A DNA stretch of 57,342 bases, taken from assembly GCA_963824495.1 (NCBI GenBank), contig CAWGPQ010000019.1:1-57342 (forward strand), written 5' to 3'. Below, one piece after another: positions 1-11,593 of the stretch; position 1 is the stretch's first letter; each line of letters begins with the position of its first letter. Below the pieces are notes generated by a model. It was not told the origin of the DNA. It saw nothing but the letters and a program-made list of their open reading frames with translations, and ran no database searches. A program made the translations under genes and the position numbers. The DNA is from an uncultured bacterium. GTDB lineage: Bacteria > Babelota > Babeliae > Babelales > Babelaceae.

Positions 1-225
1 GAACTCGCTTTCTTTTAGAATAACGCCTACTTTGTTTCCTTCAGCACCATAAACTATAAGTGGTCCTATTTACTTCTTTTGAGCCATGCTTGTATCTTAT
101 TTTGTTAGGATAAACCAAGAAAGCACTAACTTTTTAACTTTAGGACGAATTAATTTAAGTGTTATAGTATAGTATAAATACTACGATATTAATATAGTGC
201 TGTATATTTAAATTTAAAGCATTTT

Positions 226-1183
226 ATGAAGAAATCATTGCTCTACATAGTTTTAGGCACTTTGAGCTACTCTCACTATGTTCTTTGTATGACATCGACA
301 GAGAAAGATGCTCCGGTAGTTATTAATTTTTTTAATGAAACAAACATGAGTACTCAAGAGAGAGACTTAGCCCAAGCTACACGAGCTAATGATATAGCAG
401 CAGCACGAGCTCTATTAGAACAGGGTGTGAGTTCTAGTATTGCATTAGAAGGAGATACGCTTTTTCATGTTGCCCGCCAGAATAATTCAGAAGAAGTGGT
501 TCAGCTATTGCTTGAATATGGCGCACCAGTTAATGCCTATTCTTGGGCAGGAGAACTACCACTTGATACTAAACCTATTAACCGCAACAGTAGACCAAGT
601 AATATGTCTCATCGAGAACTTGTTGCATTTGCAACTGGATATGCTCTTGTAATAAAAGAGTCTTATGATCGCATAATCCGTTTGTTATTACAGTACAATG
701 CTCAATCGAGATCACCCATAGCCACTACAAACTTTAATGAAAGCTTTTGTTTATGGTAATCTTGATGGACCAAGCGCATTAGGTCAGACTGATAAGCTAT
801 ACGAATTATTAAAAAATATACCTGCTGCGGAGATAGCAAAAAATAAAGCGATTCAGCATCAGGCAACAGTTCCAGAAATATCAGAAGAAGATTTGCCTGA
901 TGATATGATTTGCATCAACGAAAGAGAAGAGAGTGATGCTATGACAGCGCTTATGTGGGCGGCTGCTCGAGGTCATGCTCCCTGTGCTCAAGCTTTACTC
1001 GAATATGGTGCTAACTATATGCTTCGCAACAGATATGGCAGGACTGCGTGCGATTTAGCTGAAAAGAATAGAGCTAATGCAATAACGTGGAGTGAAGCAA
1101 CAAATGCAGAGATGTTTCAGCAGGTTGTGAATGTTATTGCAAGCTATAGGGCTCAGGGGCAGAGTGCAGCGAAAGAAAATTAG
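226..1183 (+). pseudogene. Signal-peptide ankyrin-repeat protein split by a frameshift (ORFs 226..759 and 737..1183)
   Basis: Hydrophobic N-terminus. ANK motifs GDTLFHVAR...LLLEYGAPVN and MTALMWAAARGH...LLEYGANY. The two ORFs overlap by 23 nt; removing one A near 728-731 joins them into the two-block layout of the intact paralogues. Confidence 0.7.
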
Positions 1184-1309
1184 TTTTTGCCGGTACATCG
1201 CTTTGGTGCTAGATTGCTTTTGTTATTAAACAAGATAAGCTTAAAAATACAAATTAATTTTAAATAAGCATTCTTATATTTAGCATTTTGGTAAGCAATT
1301 CGAGGTTTT

Positions 1310-2053
1310 ATGTTTTTGAAAGCCTTTATTATTACGTTTGTTATAGGTCTTTGCTCAGTTTATATTCCAGCCTACTTGAAAAGCAGCGGACAAGAACAAC
1401 CAGCTCAAGAATTGAGTGAACTACAAGACAAAACTGATTCTGTTATTGCCAGCTTAAGTAAGAGGAAAAAGAGTGTATTTTTCGAGAATAAGTCTTTGTT
1501 GCCCTATACGGTCAAGTTGTTAACAGATGATAAGCGCATTTCTATAGAGATTGAAGATACTATAGTGCCAGCTGAATGGAGTATGTGGCTACCCTTTTTG
1601 TGTACAGATAATCTGCAAATTAGCTGTGAAGGACACACTTTTGACATACAGCTTGTAGAGGATCATAAATCATATAGTATTTCTGTAGATGAAAAAGGTG
1701 CTTCAGTAGAAGTACGTCCACTTCGCGATAATGAACAGGTAACCGATACGATGTCAACTACAGTATTGGCAGTGCTTATGCCATACGTGATGAGGGAAAT
1801 CGAAGAGCAATACCCTATTGGTTCTACTATTCAAGGAGAAGTGCTACGAATTACCGAAGCTGGTACCTTCATCGGGATACGGCCGGGTATTGAGGGTGTA
1901 ATTAAGAACGAAGAAGCTGTGCTTATCCTTGGTCAAAAGACTGAGTTTGTGGTTAATAAGATTGTCAAGGGAGATAGCCAAGATACCTTTGAAATCAGAC
2001 TTGAGCTGAGTTTAAAGCCTCAAGCGCTATCTGAAGATCAAGCTCAAGAATAG
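1310..2053 (+). CDS. Protein with N-terminal membrane anchor/signal and C-terminal S1 RNA-binding domain
   Basis: Hydrophobic N-terminus; C-terminal YPIGSTIQGEVLRITEAGTFIGIRPGIEGVI resembles an S1 repeat. Confidence 0.65.
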   Translation: MFLKAFIITFVIGLCSVYIPAYLKSSGQEQPAQELSELQDKTDSVIASLSKRKKSVFFENKSLLPYTVKLLTDDKRISIEIEDTIVPAEWSMWLPFLCTDNLQISCEGHTFDIQLVEDHKSYSISVDEKGASVEVRPLRDNEQVTDTMSTTVLAVLMPYVMREIEEQYPIGSTIQGEVLRITEAGTFIGIRPGIEGVIKNEEAVLILGQKTEFVVNKIVKGDSQDTFEIRLELSLKPQALSEDQAQE

Positions 2054-2151
2054 TGGCTTTTGTCATCCTGAGGCTCCGGCATTTTCTGTCACTGCTCAAT
2101 TCTGGTATACTAAGAATTATTAGAGTAACGTATTGAGTGTTTGCTGAGCCT

Positions 2152-2943
2152 ATGTATCCTATACTTTTGCCTATTTACGGTCCCTTTGCTATCCAGAGTT
2201 ATGGCGTAGCTGCGCTTGTTGGCGTACTGCTCTTTGTCTGGCATGTACGCAAGCATCCCGTAATTATGAAAGCTATGAGTCAGCAAGAATTTCAGAATCT
2301 GTGCCTCTATGGGCTCTGCGTCACGCTTATTGGTGCGCGGATACTGCATCTGGTTAGCTATTGGCAGCAGTATCGCTATATACGTGAAATGTTTCAGCTC
2401 TGGAAGGGTGGGCTTTCGTTACTCGGGGGCTTGATGGCTCTCGCGCTCTATGTACCATGGTATTTGTATAGGCGTAAGATTGCTATTTTGCCTTTTATGG
2501 ATGCCTGTGCGGTATATGCACCACTCGTGCAATGCATGGGGCGTATTGGCTGCTTTTTTGCTGGTTGCTGTTATGGGATTCCAACAAGCAAATGGTGGGG
2601 AATAACATATACCAACCCTCAGTGTCATGCTCCTTTGGGGGTAGCTATGCATCCAACACAGCTTTATAGTGCACTATTTCTGATCGTGCTTTTTGGGGTA
2701 TTATATAGTATAGAAAAAAAGAATGTTGTGATTCAGCCGGGTTATCGAGCATTATTATATTTATTTTTGGCAGGAATTGAACGGTTTATTAGTGACTTTT
2801 GGCGAGCTGATAGAACGTTTATAACTCAAGCACGTGTGTTCTCGTTAGATCAATATGCTGCTCTTGCGTTGGCTGGTGTCAGCTTTCTTGTACTGATAAT
2901 ATGCATGATTATGCATAATAGTAAGCAGATAGTAAGCAGATAG
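2152..2943 (+). CDS. lgt: Prolipoprotein diacylglyceryl transferase
   Basis: MYPIL start, SYG, GARILH, WKGGLSLLGG, GRIGCFFAGCCYG and HPTQLY motifs. GTG at 2137 is an alternative start. Confidence 0.93.
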   Translation: MYPILLPIYGPFAIQSYGVAALVGVLLFVWHVRKHPVIMKAMSQQEFQNLCLYGLCVTLIGARILHLVSYWQQYRYIREMFQLWKGGLSLLGGLMALALYVPWYLYRRKIAILPFMDACAVYAPLVQCMGRIGCFFAGCCYGIPTSKWWGITYTNPQCHAPLGVAMHPTQLYSALFLIVLFGVLYSIEKKNVVIQPGYRALLYLFLAGIERFISDFWRADRTFITQARVFSLDQYAALALAGVSFLVLIICMIMHNSKQIVSR

Positions 2944-2953
2944 TAAGCAGATA
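2918..2953 (+). repeat. Tandem repeat ATAGTAAGCAG x3 at the lgt/dnaG junction
   Basis: Exact 11-bp units at 2918, 2929 and 2940, followed by a partial ATA. Confidence 0.95.
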
Positions 2954-2955
2954 CT

Positions 2956-4758
2956 ATGAATATTTTTAGCTTTATCAAATCTCGTATCGCTATTTTGGAT
3001 GTTGTACGAGAATATGTACCGCTCAAGAAGCTTGGGCTCTATTGGAAAGGGCATTGCCCATTTCATGTCGAACGTACGGCGTCGTTTACCGTAAGCCCTC
3101 ATAGGGATATTTATTACTGCTTTGGATGTCATAAAGGTGGTGACGTAGTTTCATTTATTGCATGTATAGAAAATTGCTCACAACTTGAAGCTGCTTACTG
3201 TATGATAGAGCGTTATGGGCTTGAGGTTCCTCAAGAGATGCGCAGTGAAGAGGGAAACGCACATGCTGAGCGAGAAAAAAAATCGCGGTATACTCAGCTC
3301 TGCCAGGTAGTAGCACGCTGGTGCTCATATCAACTTTCACGATCTAGCAATGCACAAGCATATCTTGCTGAGAGATCTATTACTCAGCAAAGTGCTGATT
3401 ATTTTATGATTGGTTATTTTGCTGGAGGAGCACGTGGACTTAAGAGTTTGCTTGAATATGCTCAAAAACATAGTATTATGGCCAACGATTTGCGTGAGGC
3501 TCGCATTATCAGTGAACATAATGGTAGACTCTACTCCCCGTTTGAAGAAAGAATTATATTTCCTATAGCTGATCAATATGGTCATATCTGCGGTTTTGGT
3601 GGGAGGGTTTTTAACAAGGAAGATGACCGACCTAAATATTATAATTCACATGACCATGAATTTTTTAATAAAGGGTCACTGGTATTTGGTCTTGATAAAG
3701 CTAAAAAAGCTTTACAGGAAACAGGAAGCGTTTTTTTAGTTGAGGGGTATACCGACTGTATTGCTATGGTCCAAGCGGGGTTTATCAATACTGTTGCGAT
3801 TTTAGGTACTGCTTGTACCTCTGAGCATTTAAAGCAGCTTGCTCGTTACGCAAACCATATGTACGTTATGTATGATAGTGATACTGCCGGAAATAAGGCA
3901 ATCACGCGCTTAACTGAGCTCTGCTGGCATGAAGATCTTGAACTATCGGTAGTCGTTTTACCAGTAGGGAGCGACCCAGCGTCTTTTTTAAGAGATGGTG
4001 GAAACATACAGCAGGTGGTAGCAGCAGCAAAAGATATTTATCTTTTTTTTATTGAACAACTTGGTACTCACGCTACGGGCAAGAGCTTGGCAGAACGACT
4101 TCAGGCTATTAAAGGACTTATAGCACGTATCGCCAAAATTCAAGATCCTCTTAAGCAAGATCTTTTGCTCCGTAAAGCAGCCGTAAGTCTCGATGTTTCA
4201 AGTGAAACACTGCATATAGAGCTAAAACGAATTACCCATAAAGAGCACGTTTCGCCGCATGTGCCTGAAGTATCTGATACCATCAAGCACGAGCAATCAT
4301 TACGTATACAGAGTAATTATTTTACAAAAGAAATATTGGATTTGGAAAAGAAGCTAATATATGCTATAATGAATAATAAAAGCTTATTACCTGAGGATGA
4401 TGAACGGTTCCTTATGGCAACATTGCCTGAACCTCTTGGCAAACTCATGAAGAAATTACATGATTGTAGATGCGCGCAGCTTAACCCTGATGATGGGTTT
4501 ATTGCTTTTTTTGAAGTACTTGACCAGGACGAAAAAACTTTTGTCAGCAGGTTGCTGTGTGAATCAGAAGATTATGCTATGCTAGAGCTTTCTGATATTT
4601 TGCTACAATTTCAAAAGAAGCAGTGGAAGAGCTTCGTGCATGGGATTAAGCTCAAGCTTGCCCAAGCTCAAGCGGAGGCGCGTATAGGGGATGTCCAAAA
4701 AATTTTGCTCGATTTTCACCGCTTTAAACAAAAGATGGTACAGAGGGGGCTTATATGA
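2956..4758 (+). CDS. dnaG: DNA primase
   Basis: CPFH...CFGC zinc finger, FGGR, PKYYNS, Toprim VEGYTD and YDSD motifs; lies upstream of rpoD. Confidence 0.97.
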   Translation: MNIFSFIKSRIAILDVVREYVPLKKLGLYWKGHCPFHVERTASFTVSPHRDIYYCFGCHKGGDVVSFIACIENCSQLEAAYCMIERYGLEVPQEMRSEEGNAHAEREKKSRYTQLCQVVARWCSYQLSRSSNAQAYLAERSITQQSADYFMIGYFAGGARGLKSLLEYAQKHSIMANDLREARIISEHNGRLYSPFEERIIFPIADQYGHICGFGGRVFNKEDDRPKYYNSHDHEFFNKGSLVFGLDKAKKALQETGSVFLVEGYTDCIAMVQAGFINTVAILGTACTSEHLKQLARYANHMYVMYDSDTAGNKAITRLTELCWHEDLELSVVVLPVGSDPASFLRDGGNIQQVVAAAKDIYLFFIEQLGTHATGKSLAERLQAIKGLIARIAKIQDPLKQDLLLRKAAVSLDVSSETLHIELKRITHKEHVSPHVPEVSDTIKHEQSLRIQSNYFTKEILDLEKKLIYAIMNNKSLLPEDDERFLMATLPEPLGKLMKKLHDCRCAQLNPDDGFIAFFEVLDQDEKTFVSRLLCESEDYAMLELSDILLQFQKKQWKSFVHGIKLKLAQAQAEARIGDVQKILLDFHRFKQKMVQRGLI

Positions 4759-6668
4759 TTGCACGTAAAAAAGCTAAAAAAGTGGAGACAAAAGGCAAAG
4801 TAAAGACAACAGCGAAAAAAATAGATGGCGTAGATCTTAAAGAGGAGCTTATTGAAGGTATTCTCGATAAGGGTCGTCGTGCTGGTGTATTGACTTATGA
4901 AGAAGTAATGGATTTTAGCGATCGTAATCACTTAACCGAGACGGAAACTAACGACCTGTTAAAACTGTTTGATAAAGAAAATATTGAACTGGTTATGAGT
5001 GATGAGCTTGAAGCGGTAACGCCTGAGATTGAAGAATTTGAAAAAGAGGAAGCTGCCGCACCACTTAATTTTAAGACACAGCTTGAGACATCGCTTGAAT
5101 TTTCCGAAGAAGAAGAAGAATTACCTGCTGAAGTTGATGATGAACGAGATCTAGTGAGAGAAGCGGGTGACTCTGCGCCTATTTCCGACGGGGTTAAATT
5201 TTATCTACGTGATATTGGTAAGATACCTCTTTTAAATAAAAAGACTGAAACGGTTATCTCTGAGCAGATTGCCCGATGTAAGCGTGAGTCAATCGAAGCT
5301 ATTTCTCGATTTCCCTTTATTCACAAAGAGCTCGTAAGTATTGGTGAAAAACTCGCCAAAGACACAATGGCCTTAAAAGATATTATCCAGTTTTCAGAGT
5401 TTGATGAAGAGAATTTACCAAAATACGAAGAAGAGAAAAAGCTCTTACTCACTACGCTGATGACTATAAGAGATTTGATTGCCAATGAAGCAAAGATTTA
5501 TCAAAGCTATCGTGGTAAGCTGGAGCTTGAAGGGCAAAAAAAAGAAATGCTTGCCAAAATCAAGCTTAATAAAGAACAAATTAGCTTGACCATCCAGTCG
5601 ATTAAACTTTCAAATAAGCTTATCAGGAAACTTTGCAAGCGCATTGAAAAATCAATTATTAAAATCAATGAGAGAAAAGATCTTATTGCATCGCTCGAGG
5701 GTACTATTCATGAGCTTCGAGCTCGGCCTGAATTAAGTGCCACAGAACAACAAGAAGCTGAAGAACTCGAACGTCAAGTTCGCAGTGCTTATAAAGTAAT
5801 TAAGAAGCTCGAGGTTGAAGCAGGTCTACCACAAGAGCAAATTTTTCGTTACTATAATCAGCTGATCCAGTGCCAAGCACAGGATAAAAAAGCTAAAGAT
5901 GATCTTGCTAAAGCAAACTTGCGTCTGGTCGTTAATATTGCTAAAAAATATGTTAACCGTGGATTGCATTTTTTAGATCTTATTCAGGAAGGTAATATCG
6001 GTTTAATGAAAGCCGTAGAAAAGTTTGAGTTTGAGCGTGGATACAAGTTTTCAACTTATGCCACGTGGTGGATACGCCAAGCGATTACTCGCGCTATCGC
6101 TGATCAATCACGAACAATTCGAGTGCCTGTGCATATGGTCGAAACGCTCAATAAGATTAACAAGATTAAAAGAACATTTATTCAAGAGCATGGACGTGAG
6201 CCAAGCCATGCTGAACTTGCTAAAGAGCTGAATATAGATGAGAAAAAGATCAAAAATATTATTAAAATCTCTAAAGAGCCCATTTCGCTTGAGACACCTG
6301 TTGGTGACAGCGAAGATGCATTTATCAAAGATTTTATTGAGAACGAAAACGATTACTCACCTGCCGATACTGTCGCAAGTAATGACTTGAAAGAACGGGT
6401 ACGAGAAGTACTCAAGACCCTTATGCCACGTGAGGAAAAAGTGCTTAAGATGCGTTTTGGTATTGATGTTGCCTCCGAACACACGCTTGAAGAGGTAGGC
6501 AAAGATTTTGGTGTTACACGTGAGCGTGTACGCCAGATAGAAGTCAAAGCATTACGTAAGTTGCGTCATCCCTCGCGAAGCAGAAAGCTGCAATCGTTTT
6601 TTGATAAAGAATATGAGATTCGTCCTGAAGACACTGTCGAAGATGACGGTATTGACGAAGAAGAATAG
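4755..6668 (+). CDS. rpoD: Primary RNA polymerase sigma-70 factor
   Basis: [43 protein letters not shown] and region 4 [24 protein letters not shown] overlap with dnaG. Confidence 0.98.
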   Translation: MIARKKAKKVETKGKVKTTAKKIDGVDLKEELIEGILDKGRRAGVLTYEEVMDFSDRNHLTETETNDLLKLFDKENIELVMSDELEAVTPEIEEFEKEEAAAPLNFKTQLETSLEFSEEEEELPAEVDDERDLVREAGDSAPISDGVKFYLRDIGKIPLLNKKTETVISEQIARCKRESIEAISRFPFIHKELVSIGEKLAKDTMALKDIIQFSEFDEENLPKYEEEKKLLLTTLMTIRDLIANEAKIYQSYRGKLELEGQKKEMLAKIKLNKEQISLTIQSIKLSNKLIRKLCKRIEKSIIKINERKDLIASLEGTIHELRARPELSATEQQEAEELERQVRSAYKVIKKLEVEAGLPQEQIFRYYNQLIQCQAQDKKAKDDLAKANLRLVVNIAKKYVNRGLHFLDLIQEGNIGLMKAVEKFEFERGYKFSTYATWWIRQAITRAIADQSRTIRVPVHMVETLNKINKIKRTFIQEHGREPSHAELAKELNIDEKKIKNIIKISKEPISLETPVGDSEDAFIKDFIENENDYSPADTVASNDLKERVREVLKTLMPREEKVLKMRFGIDVASEHTLEEVGKDFGVTRERVRQIEVKALRKLRHPSRSRKLQSFFDKEYEIRPEDTVEDDGIDEEE

Positions 6669-6688
6669 GAGAATTACCCAAAAAGGGA

Positions 6689-8020
6689 GTGAAAACGACG
6701 ATAATGGACGTACCCGCAGACGGTAGTATCGTTACCATGTTTATTTTATTTTTAGCATCACTATTTTTTTGTGCCCTTTTCGCTTTTATAGAAACGAGTA
6801 TAACGGCACTCCGGCTTTTCACCCTTAAAGAGCTTGCTAAAACGACAGGAAGCTACCAGTCGCTTTTTCAGTCTCTTGAGAAAAATCAAAGCCGCGTATT
6901 AACAACCATTTTAGTTGCTTTTAATTTAGCCAACGTTGTTACCGCAACCATGAGTACGCGGTTGATGGACAGGCTGTTTGCCCATTTGCCAGGAACACTG
7001 GGTTTTTCTTTGGGTATCGGCTTGACGACTATTGTTATGCTGATTTTTGGTGAAATTATCCCTAAAAATATAGCTAAAGTGTATGGCAATAAGCTCTTAA
7101 AGTCTACCTTATGGATTACTAATGCCCTTTTTTACCTGCTTTATCCGCTTGTGACTATCTTTGTTCGTATTGCTCACTATGCTATTGCTCGCGTGGGCAC
7201 TCAACCAGGTACTGAAGAAAACGAGTACATAACGTCAGAGAAAGAGATTCAGTTTCTTATCGATCACGTTAACCAGCAAGGACTTATGGAAGGTGAAAAA
7301 TCCTCCATGCTTAAGGGTATATTTGAGTTAGGTACAACGCCCGTAAAAGAGATCATGGTTCCTGCCCCGTCAATTATAGCAATCAACGCACACATGCCTC
7401 TGGATGAAGCACTTAACTTCGTTACGGTTCATCAATTTTCTCGTTTTCCTGTTTACGAAGAGGCAACTGATAATATTATTGGCATGCTACACTTAAAAGA
7501 TCTCTTTACGCTTATATCTAAGCACGAAGAGCGACCACTCAAAGAACTTGTGCGCCCAATCTTATTTATTCCTGAGAGTATTAAAGTTAATCAGCTGTTA
7601 AAAGAATTTAAGCAGCAGCGTATGCACATTGCTATGGTGCTCAATGAGCACGGAAGCATTGTTGGTCTTGTTACGCTCGAGGACGTGCTTGAAGAAATAG
7701 TTGGTGAAATTCACGATGAATATGAGGCAAAAACAACTACTGAAAAAGCGATTCCTTTAAAGCAAGGAAGTTGGCTTATTGATGCAAGCATCGAACTTGA
7801 GCAGTTGAGCCCCTTGCTTGCTATAGATTTTGAGGCAGAAGATGCACTTACTCTTGGTGGATTCTTAACTGAAAAGCTCCAACACGTGCCAAAAAAGGGC
7901 GAGCGTATAGCATATAAAAATTACTTTTTCCAAGTTCAACAAGCAAGCCCTAAAAAAGTTTCTCAGGTGCTTGTTTTTGAAAAGAAGAAAGCAGATGTTT
8001 CTGATATAGCTTCTGCTTAA
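6689..8020 (+). CDS. HlyC/CorC (CNNM-CBS-CBS-CorC) hemolysin-family transporter
   Basis: ETSI, FGEIIPK, SRFPVY, GLVTLEDVLEEIVGEIHDEYE and TLGGF motifs. Confidence 0.93.
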   Translation: MKTTIMDVPADGSIVTMFILFLASLFFCALFAFIETSITALRLFTLKELAKTTGSYQSLFQSLEKNQSRVLTTILVAFNLANVVTATMSTRLMDRLFAHLPGTLGFSLGIGLTTIVMLIFGEIIPKNIAKVYGNKLLKSTLWITNALFYLLYPLVTIFVRIAHYAIARVGTQPGTEENEYITSEKEIQFLIDHVNQQGLMEGEKSSMLKGIFELGTTPVKEIMVPAPSIIAINAHMPLDEALNFVTVHQFSRFPVYEEATDNIIGMLHLKDLFTLISKHEERPLKELVRPILFIPESIKVNQLLKEFKQQRMHIAMVLNEHGSIVGLVTLEDVLEEIVGEIHDEYEAKTTTEKAIPLKQGSWLIDASIELEQLSPLLAIDFEAEDALTLGGFLTEKLQHVPKKGERIAYKNYFFQVQQASPKKVSQVLVFEKKKADVSDIASA

Positions 8021-8126
8021 GGCAGCCTGCTTAGTGGGGCTGGGTGACAGTTCTTGACGTGTTTTGCCGATATAGTGTACGTTCTTTCCAGTGCGTGCTA
8101 TACTTGCTTAATTGTGAGGATACGTT

Positions 8127-8480
8127 ATGATAGTTAATCTGCCAGTCTATTACGCTGCTTTAGCACTTTATACTTTATGTGCGCTTACTGTTACTGAACC
8201 TCAACGAAAGCAGAGCTGTCACCACTGCCATCGCCGGCAGAGTAATCAAGAAGAACAAGAAGGGCCACGACCCACTATGGTTATTGGCTATATTTTTGAT
8301 CTTGCAATTCATAGTGTTCAAGCATCAGCTCATAAGCCAGACGACAAAAAAGCACGCACTGAAGGAGCATGTACGATGCTCAATGATATGAAAAACCTCA
8401 TGCAGGAAGTTGTACGCAAGCATGATACTAACGCGCGTGATCTTGAAGAAGATGTCGAACAAATCGATCAGCTAGCTTGA
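8127..8480 (+). CDS. Small hypothetical secreted protein
   Basis: GAGGA Shine-Dalgarno before ATG; hydrophobic N-terminus; CHHCH motif. Overlaps the end of the convergent NUDIX gene. Confidence 0.55.
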   Translation: MIVNLPVYYAALALYTLCALTVTEPQRKQSCHHCHRRQSNQEEQEGPRPTMVIGYIFDLAIHSVQASAHKPDDKKARTEGACTMLNDMKNLMQEVVRKHDTNARDLEEDVEQIDQLA

Positions 8481-8868
8481 GAATCTGTTGCGAATTTTTA
8501 TAGGTAAGTGTAGTTAAGGCATCCTCAAGATTGAGCCATCGATATTCAGTATGCTCATATGAAAGAGTAACGGGCGTGTGAGGTGCTTGTGCGACAAAGA
8601 ACGTTACGGTTTTATTAATAAGCACACCATTTTTGTCTTTAAAGTAATAGGAAAGCGACTGGTCAAACCCCGGCACTAGAGTAATAGCAAGATCAGTTTC
8701 TTCTTTAACCTCACGTAATGCAGCTTGCTCACGTGTTTCGGCCGCCTCGAGCTTCCCTTTAGGAAAGTCCCAATGTCCAAGTCCGGCACGCAAAAGAAGA
8801 TACTGTAGCCGCCCAGTTTCTTTCTGTACCCTATATATGATAGCTCCTGCTGAAGTTTCGTATTTCAT
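8428..8868 (-). CDS. NUDIX hydrolase, asymmetric Ap4A hydrolase (NUDT2-like)
   Basis: SAGAIIYR, HWDFPKG, Nudix box AALREVKEETDL and LSYEHTEYRW. Start placed at MKYETSAG. Confidence 0.85.
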   Translation of the reverse strand: MKYETSAGAIIYRVQKETGRLQYLLLRAGLGHWDFPKGKLEAAETREQAALREVKEETDLAITLVPGFDQSLSYYFKDKNGVLINKTVTFFVAQAPHTPVTLSYEHTEYRWLNLEDALTTLTYKNSQQILKLADRFVRHLLQDHAR

Positions 8869-8999
8869 GACGTATACTTTCTTAAAAAATATTTTTGCTT
8901 GCAATTTCAGTGTAGCAGGATCTTTCTGTTTAATCGATTACGCAAGCATGCTATACTCTAAAAAACAGGTATATTTTTATGTAAGGAGCTTTTACCGAT

Positions 9000-9734
9000 A
9001 TGAATCGCACCGTGTTTTCGATATCCGAGGCGTTAGCGTTTGGCTTTAATAGGGTCTTCGATCATGTTATCCTCTTCTTTCTTGTTGCAGTGACTCAATG
9101 GTTTACGTATTTTTTGCAATGGTTATGCTTTGCTCTTATTGCTATGGATGATTTTACGCGTTCTTTTACGCTTAAAACCCTGGGGCCCACCAGTGTTGTT
9201 CATGTTCAAGAATTTTTTTATAACACAGCAACGACACAAGCTCTTCTTGCCATGGGGAGTATATATCTTATCTTTAGGCTATTGGAGAGTGCCTATAGCT
9301 TGGGCTTAGTACGTATTACTCTTGATATATATGATACCAACATGAGTTCATATAGTAGATTATTTTGGTTTGTAAAACATATAAAGCGTATTTTAACCGA
9401 TATTGCTGCGACGTTTATCTATACGTTTTTAGTTGGTTTAGGTCTTGTACTGTTTATTATTCCGGGGATAATACTAAGTATTGGCTTTCTTTTCTATCGC
9501 CATCTTATTGTTGATAAAGATATGGGTGTTATTGATGCTCTTACGTATAGTTTTCGTTTAACCCGAGGAGCACGATTTAAATTATTGGGGCTTTGCCTAA
9601 CACTTTCTTTTGTTAATCTTGCTGGCCTGCTTCTTCTAGGTATAGGGCTTCTTATTACGCTTCCTGCTAGTCATTTGGCACTTACGTATGCATACCGTAA
9701 GCTTTTACACTATCACGAAGCTGCTATCTCTTAA
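9000..9734 (+). CDS. Integral membrane protein (DUF975-like)
   Basis: Several TM segments; GLVLFIIPGII and DALTYSFRLTRG motifs; AAGGAG upstream. Confidence 0.7.
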   Translation: MNRTVFSISEALAFGFNRVFDHVILFFLVAVTQWFTYFLQWLCFALIAMDDFTRSFTLKTLGPTSVVHVQEFFYNTATTQALLAMGSIYLIFRLLESAYSLGLVRITLDIYDTNMSSYSRLFWFVKHIKRILTDIAATFIYTFLVGLGLVLFIIPGIILSIGFLFYRHLIVDKDMGVIDALTYSFRLTRGARFKLLGLCLTLSFVNLAGLLLLGIGLLITLPASHLALTYAYRKLLHYHEAAIS

Positions 9735-11571
9735 ATTTTTTCTCAAGACTTGTACGATCAATAAGCCAGCTCGTAGGACGCCCGTGAGGGCAGGTGAACC
9801 GGTTACTTGTTGCATGAAGCTGTGCAATAAGCTCGTGCATCTGAGCATCATTAAGCGCATCCCCCGCTTTTATAGCTGCTTTACATGCCATATGTGTATG
9901 AAGTCTCTCATAGAGTCTTTTTCTAAAAAGCACTTGATCATCGTGCTGTAGCTCATGAATCCAGCTAATTACGTGTTGAACAATATCATGTAATGGCTGA
10001 TTCTGTACATGAACTGGGGTAGCTTGAATAACAAACTGGTTTGGCCCAATCTGTTCAAGCTGGATACCATGTTCAGTAAAAATATATCTATGTGCGAGCA
10101 CCGTCAAGCAATCGGTATCCGAGAGTGTAAGTGCTTGAGGAAATAAGAGTTGAACTTGTGCAACTTCATGAAATCTTTGTGAAAACAGTTCATACATAAT
10201 ACGCTCATGTGCTGCATGCTGATCAATGAGCATGAGGCCTTCAGCTGTTTCACTCATAATATAGGTTGTGTAAAGTTGTCCAATAAGACGATACGAACGT
10301 GCCTGCTGGCTCGGGCTTGTGTTTTCTTGATTGTCAATGCTTATCTGCGTGGCTTGAGTAGTGTGACTTGAAGCAGCTTGCTCTTGAGTTTCTCGATTAA
10401 AGCTCTTATCAAGTGCGGCTAAGAATTCTTGAGTAGTTGGAGCAGCTGGTACTATGTGCTGTTCGTCTTGCTGTTTGCTAGGATTACTCAGATGATAAAG
10501 AGAGCTTACGCTTTGGCTTTGCAGCTGTGATACCTGCTGTGATTGCTGTTGTGGCTGCTGAAATGGCTGCGTTACGGTACCCTCAAGCTGTTTTCCAACA
10601 AATGTTTCAAGAGCTGTTTCAACAGCACGGGCGTGTAAGAATTGTACTTCTTCTTTGCGTGGGTGAATATTAATATCAAGCTGTGCTGGATTAACCTCAA
10701 GAAAAATAACAGCTGTTGGATAGCGCCCTTGTGGAAGTACATTAAGATAACTTTTGAGCACTGCTTGTGAGAGCTTGATATTTTTAACCCAGCGTTTATT
10801 GACAAAGAAGAACATATGCGAGCGATCATAGCGCACATAGTGTGGATTAGAGATAGCGCCAGTAATCGTAATTCCCGTACTCGTATGTAAGGGCTCAGAT
10901 GCCACGAGCATGCTCTTGGCAAGATGCACATCAAAGAGTTGCCCGATACGCGTCATAAGATTAGGTGCCGGTGGACAATTAAGCACTGGTTTGCCGTCAT
11001 GATATAGAGTAAAATAATGCGACGCGTAATCAAGACACAATGCTTGAACCAGATGAAGAATAGAACGCCATTCAGTTTCACGACTTTTGAGAAATTTTTT
11101 ACGTGCAGGTATTGAATAAAACAAGTCATGTATTGCTATGTCGGTTCCTTGAGCAGCTGAAGCAGGCTCTTCACGCGTAATTACTCCTTCACTAATAGTA
11201 AGCCTAACGCCTTCAAGAGCTTCCGCTTCTTTTGTCGTGAGCATGACACGACTGACAGCTGCAATACTTGATAGCGCTTCACCCCTAAAGCCAAACGTTG
11301 CCAATGTCTCAAGATCATCGATACCAGTTATTTTGCTCGTTGCATGAGGAACTATTGACATGCGAGCATCAATGGGCGACATGCCAAAGCCATTGTCGAT
11401 ACAGCGTATGAGCTGCTTGCCGCCATCTTCAACAAACACGGTAATATGCGTAGCTCCAGCATCAAGAGCATTTTCAATCAGCTCTTTAACGACATTAGCA
11501 GGCCGATCTACGACTTCACCGGCAGCAATTTTTTGTATTTCAGAAAGTGGCAGTTGTTGTATTTTTGCCAT
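9724..11571 (-). CDS. mutL: DNA mismatch repair endonuclease MutL
   Basis: IAAGEVVDRPANVVKELIENALDAG, GFRGEALSSI, DQHAAHER and CPHGRP motifs; Q-rich linker. Confidence 0.98.
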   Translation of the reverse strand: MAKIQQLPLSEIQKIAAGEVVDRPANVVKELIENALDAGATHITVFVEDGGKQLIRCIDNGFGMSPIDARMSIVPHATSKITGIDDLETLATFGFRGEALSSIAAVSRVMLTTKEAEALEGVRLTISEGVITREEPASAAQGTDIAIHDLFYSIPARKKFLKSRETEWRSILHLVQALCLDYASHYFTLYHDGKPVLNCPPAPNLMTRIGQLFDVHLAKSMLVASEPLHTSTGITITGAISNPHYVRYDRSHMFFFVNKRWVKNIKLSQAVLKSYLNVLPQGRYPTAVIFLEVNPAQLDINIHPRKEEVQFLHARAVETALETFVGKQLEGTVTQPFQQPQQQSQQVSQLQSQSVSSLYHLSNPSKQQDEQHIVPAAPTTQEFLAALDKSFNRETQEQAASSHTTQATQISIDNQENTSPSQQARSYRLIGQLYTTYIMSETAEGLMLIDQHAAHERIMYELFSQRFHEVAQVQLLFPQALTLSDTDCLTVLAHRYIFTEHGIQLEQIGPNQFVIQATPVHVQNQPLHDIVQHVISWIHELQHDDQVLFRKRLYERLHTHMACKAAIKAGDALNDAQMHELIAQLHATSNRFTCPHGRPTSWLIDRTSLEKKFKR

Positions 11572-11593
11572 GTGCTGTATTTCTTAATTCTGG

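Noticed and set aside
2918..2953. Repeats here and at 39225 considered as CRISPR arrays
   Set aside because: Contiguous 11-12 bp units without spacers; no cas genes seen.
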